Of a stretch of DNA of 64,000 nucleotides, positions 60,766 to 64,000 are shown in pieces. A model generated the notes under the pieces. That model worked only from the letters and a program-made list of their open reading frames with translations, searched no databases and was not told the DNA's origin. The stretch's first letter is position 1, and every line of letters starts with the position of its first letter. Source of the stretch: Torpedo marmorata (lineage: Eukaryota); the NCBI GenBank assembly GCA_977017645.1, contig OZ360224.1:207514001-207578000 (forward strand), given 5' to 3'. A program made the position numbers and the translations under genes.

Positions 60766-61600
60766 TCAAGATTCAAGATTCAACCTATTGTCATGCAATA
60801 AAACAGTGTCATATTACACAAAATTCCCTTTGCCTGCTGCAAGGCAGACCGATTCGCCATCGGCAGAAATTGCCTGAAGCGCCTCTTACTGTCAGAGAAA
60901 GAGAAGCAAAAGAGAGTCCCCCCAGAGTCACCCAGTGTCTGTAGATTCACCTCCGCAGCCACATAGAGTCCAGTCCAAACCATTGGCAACCTGAGCTCCA
61001 GATCCGAACCTCCGACACGGTCAGGAACCCTTCAGCGCCTTCGGCACCCCCTCGCATCCCGGCTCCGACACCTGGCACCCCATCAGCCAGCTTGAGCCAG
61101 TCTCCAGCAGTCCACATCCCGGCGCGAGTCTCCCGACAGCAGTCTCCAGCATCCCACAGCCTCCGCGGTTCCTTGCCTCGAGTCGCCAGCAGCCCGCCGC
61201 ATGACTGGTCCTTCAACCGCAGAGCCCCTCACTGGTCCGCCGCCATGGTCACCGTCCTGTGGGTCGTCTCCTGTGCTTCTCCTTCTCAGACGGGGATGGT
61301 CTTCCCGTTTTCTGGTGCCCTGCGCCAGTCCTCCACTCCCCTGGAGTCTGCAACCCCTCGTGGCTGCTGCCGATCAGAGGCGCTGCCATCTTGGGCGCAG
61401 ACCCCGCGGTCGCGGGATTTTAAATAAAACTACCGTCGGCTCCTTTAACGGGCCGTTCAAAGCCCGTGCGGATCTGACGGCAGTCGACTGGGCGGTTATA
61501 CCCCGCGGGAGAGCTGTATCTCCGCTCCTCGCTCCCCGCGGGTCCGCACCAGCGGCAGCGCTGCCGTTACAGTGGCTCCGGCAGTGCCGCCATTTGCAGC
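60766..61600 (-). repeat. Unclassified GC-rich retroposon-like insert interrupting Tx1 ORF1
   Basis: (TCTTGAA)n-type tail on the minus strand; related to 18640-18990. Confidence 0.45.
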
Positions 61601-62423
61601 ATTCCATCAAGATCCTTCACTGCCACCCTGTTGGTGTCCCAGATTCTTTGTCCTCCCGAGGGGTTTGCTGCTGCAGCCATCCTCGTGAGACTGGTGGAGG
61701 TACATAACCAACGTTTTGGGCCTGAGCCCTTCTACCCATATCCACTTATGACCTCTTCCCTGTTACCCTGTGCTCCTCCCTTCACCCCTTCCTCCCTCTG
61801 CCCCTTGCTCCCTCCTCTTCTCTCCTCTCCTCAACCTAAATCTGAAGTTTATGGTTAAAGAAGTCACACATTGTCATGGTTCAAGAAAAACTTGGGCCAT
61901 TTTTAAACAAGGGTGGCATGGATTAATGATTTCCAACTTCTTTTGGAGATTATAAAACACTGTAGATGCTCAAAATCTGAAAAAAAATAAAGAAAAAAAA
62001 AAGCCAGAAAAAACACAACCTGCTGTAGAAAGATTAAAAAGTAAATGTTGGCAATTGGGGGGTTCTGATGAAATGTTCCAGACATGAAATCTTGACAGTT
62101 TCTCAACCACATATGGCTATGTGACCTGCTGAGTATTTCCAGACATTTCTATTTTTACTCCAACTTCTTTAATTATTTGGAAGTCTTTGTTTCTTAATGT
62201 TTTGACACATCTTGTGCACAGGCTATTTCAGGAATACAAGTCCCACTATCTAATTATTGCTTTTTTTTGCATTAGAAAAGAGAATCTCTAAGAGACTGGC
62301 CCCTTTGGGACAAGCTTTGCAGATGGCGATTGGAGAACTGACTTTTGTACCATTCAGAACACAAACGTTGCATTGACTGAGGATGTGGGGATTGGCTGTA
62401 GATCTTTGGCAGTCAATGCAAAG

Positions 62424-63323
62424 TGTTATGGACCATGACTGACCATTTGGACTGCGGACGGTCAGCAGGAAGGATGAAGTCTTTTGGAGTATACACTGGG
62501 GCCAGGTACTGAAAGAGTTAACTTCCCCAGCTACTTGGTGTACCCAGACAAGATACATTGTTGCACTCTTGGTGTACCCAGACAGAGAGAGACCAGAGAG
62601 AGAGACAGAGACAGACTGGACAAGATACATTTGTTTCACTTCTGCAAAAAGCAGGGGCAGATCTCTGCAAAGCAGACACAGTTGTGAGTTGCAAGGCTAC
62701 AAGACACAGCCAAATCCAGGTGTGTGCAAAGTCAGAGAAAGACTGACAGAATAGCACATGGCCTCCTGTCTCAGAGAAATTCTGAGAAAAAGCAACTTCT
62801 GTGGAGAACAGGCGTGAGATCAACGAGACTAGCTGTGAGATTCAAGCATACGCCTAAATCAGTGGTATACTGATCTGGAACTTGCAATCCTTATGAACCT
62901 ACAAGAAGGGGACGTCATCAAAGAAGAAAACAAGTATTTGTAAGCATAAACAGTCATTGTCTCTCTCCAACGTTCATTCAGAAGTACTTCTACCAGACTC
63001 AGAGCTGTGTTGAAGCCTGAACTTAGAGAGTTGATTTTGTGGACTGTATTATTCTTTTTTTCGACTGACTTGTTTTTTATGACTGACCTGGGGTTTTTGG
63101 GGAAAGTTTTTCCATTTTTACATAAGGGTTGGGCACAGACTGTAATGGTCTGGGCTTTACACACACACACATACACCTTTTAGATAAGAATAGAGTTTAT
63201 AGACGTTTATAGTGGGGTTAATTGTTGTGAAATTATATGTTTACTTGTGTTTAATAAATAATAATTTCAATTTTACCCCTTTTGCATTGCGTCTTCTGTC
63301 GTTGCTGGTTTGAATTTGTAACA
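62424..63323 (+). mobile_element. Solo LTR of the Gmr1-type family at 19195
   Basis: TGTTATGGACCATG...TTTGTAACA, flanks AAAG/AATG. Confidence 0.9.
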
Positions 63324-63814
63324 AATGTGTAACGTTCGGGACAGCTGGGCTGAGATGAAGCAGCCAAGAGCTCAATGCAAAGTTATTAACCAGCATACAA
63401 TAAAATGAACAGAAAATTAAACCCACTGGCATTGCTTCCAGAGAAGGATATCCAAGACTTCAAAATGGATATAGAATTAATAAATCAAACATCTCAATGA
63501 CCCTTTCAGTACTCCTGATCTGTGACAGCTCTATTACATATAGCCCATTGCCTGGATTTTTTTTCTTATTTATATCCTGATCCATTTTGAAGGTTATTAT
63601 TGGAGTAATTTTGATCAAAATTTCAAGCAATCACATCAAGTGCAGACATGAAAAGATTTGCATCTTATCTCTGGATCCTTTGTTTTATATCTATCCTTGG
63701 CCTTTACCAACCGTCTTGCCAACAGATTAATTTCTTCTTGCTTCATGCATTCTGAGCTCTGAGCTGGGATGATGGGTTGAGCAAGTACACAGAGGAAAAT
63801 GTTTGAGGGTGCAT

Positions 63815-64000
63815 TACAATTCAGAAACAGGCCCTTCAGCCCTTCTAGTCTGTGCCAAACTATTTCTTTGCCAAGCCCCACTGACATGCACCCAGTCCAG
63901 AGCCCTCCATATTCCTCCCATCCATGTGCCTGTCCAAATTCTTCTTAAATGTTAAAATTGAGCCCGCATTCACCACTTCAGCTAGCAGCTCGTTCCACAC
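63815..64000 (-). mobile_element. CR1-type 3' end running out of the window
   Basis: ACAGGCCCTTCAGCCC terminal motif shared with other CR1 ends here. Confidence 0.65.

Larger units (their letters stand above)
56976..61690 (-). mobile_element. Decayed, internally deleted Tx1-type (L1 clade) LINE
   Basis: ORF1 knuckles CRNCNNPGHVMAQC...CNLCAEAGRLYKAC (60178-60684). ORF2 start MKIATL (58795), WRPMSLLN, C-terminal CPQDDC..ETAAHLFAEC. Confidence 0.8.

Noticed and set aside
63636-63790. Possible host exon (MKQEEINLLARRLVKAKDRYK) and other unique stretches (11660-11950, 18050-18600, 25650-25850, 51700-56600)
   Set aside because: No recognisable protein family or convincing splice pattern. They may hold exons or conserved non-coding elements, but this cannot be supported without alignment or RNA data.

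Overview
This is eukaryotic, vertebrate-type DNA made almost entirely of transposable elements. The repeat inventory (CR1, HE1-like V-SINEs, Penelope, Rex1, Tx1/L1, Gmr1-type and other Gypsy, BEL/Pao) suggests a cartilaginous fish, which is an inference. No host gene could be supported. Positions 1-6572 hold a head-to-tail tandem of a compact (~4.5 kb period) Gypsy LTR retrotransposon sharing one LTR, with an intact single gag-pol ORF. It abuts a ~5 kb array of a 22-bp satellite (6573-11602). A sister copy lies on the minus strand at 29730-34494. The most notable signal is that this family has no tRNA primer-binding site. Instead a 12-nt LTR segment is perfectly complementary to the 12 nt just after the LTR, with two compensatory base-pair changes between the two subfamilies. 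That fits Tf1-style self-priming in an element with no recognisable chromodomain. The same family carries a coding tandem repeat rich in YY1/ETS-type motifs. The rest is deeply nested TE debris, many pieces with readable TSDs: two Gmr1-type elements, a BEL derivative with unexplained coiled-coil cargo, an inverted and truncated L1, a SINE-derived minisatellite and Penelope termini with hammerhead-like motifs.
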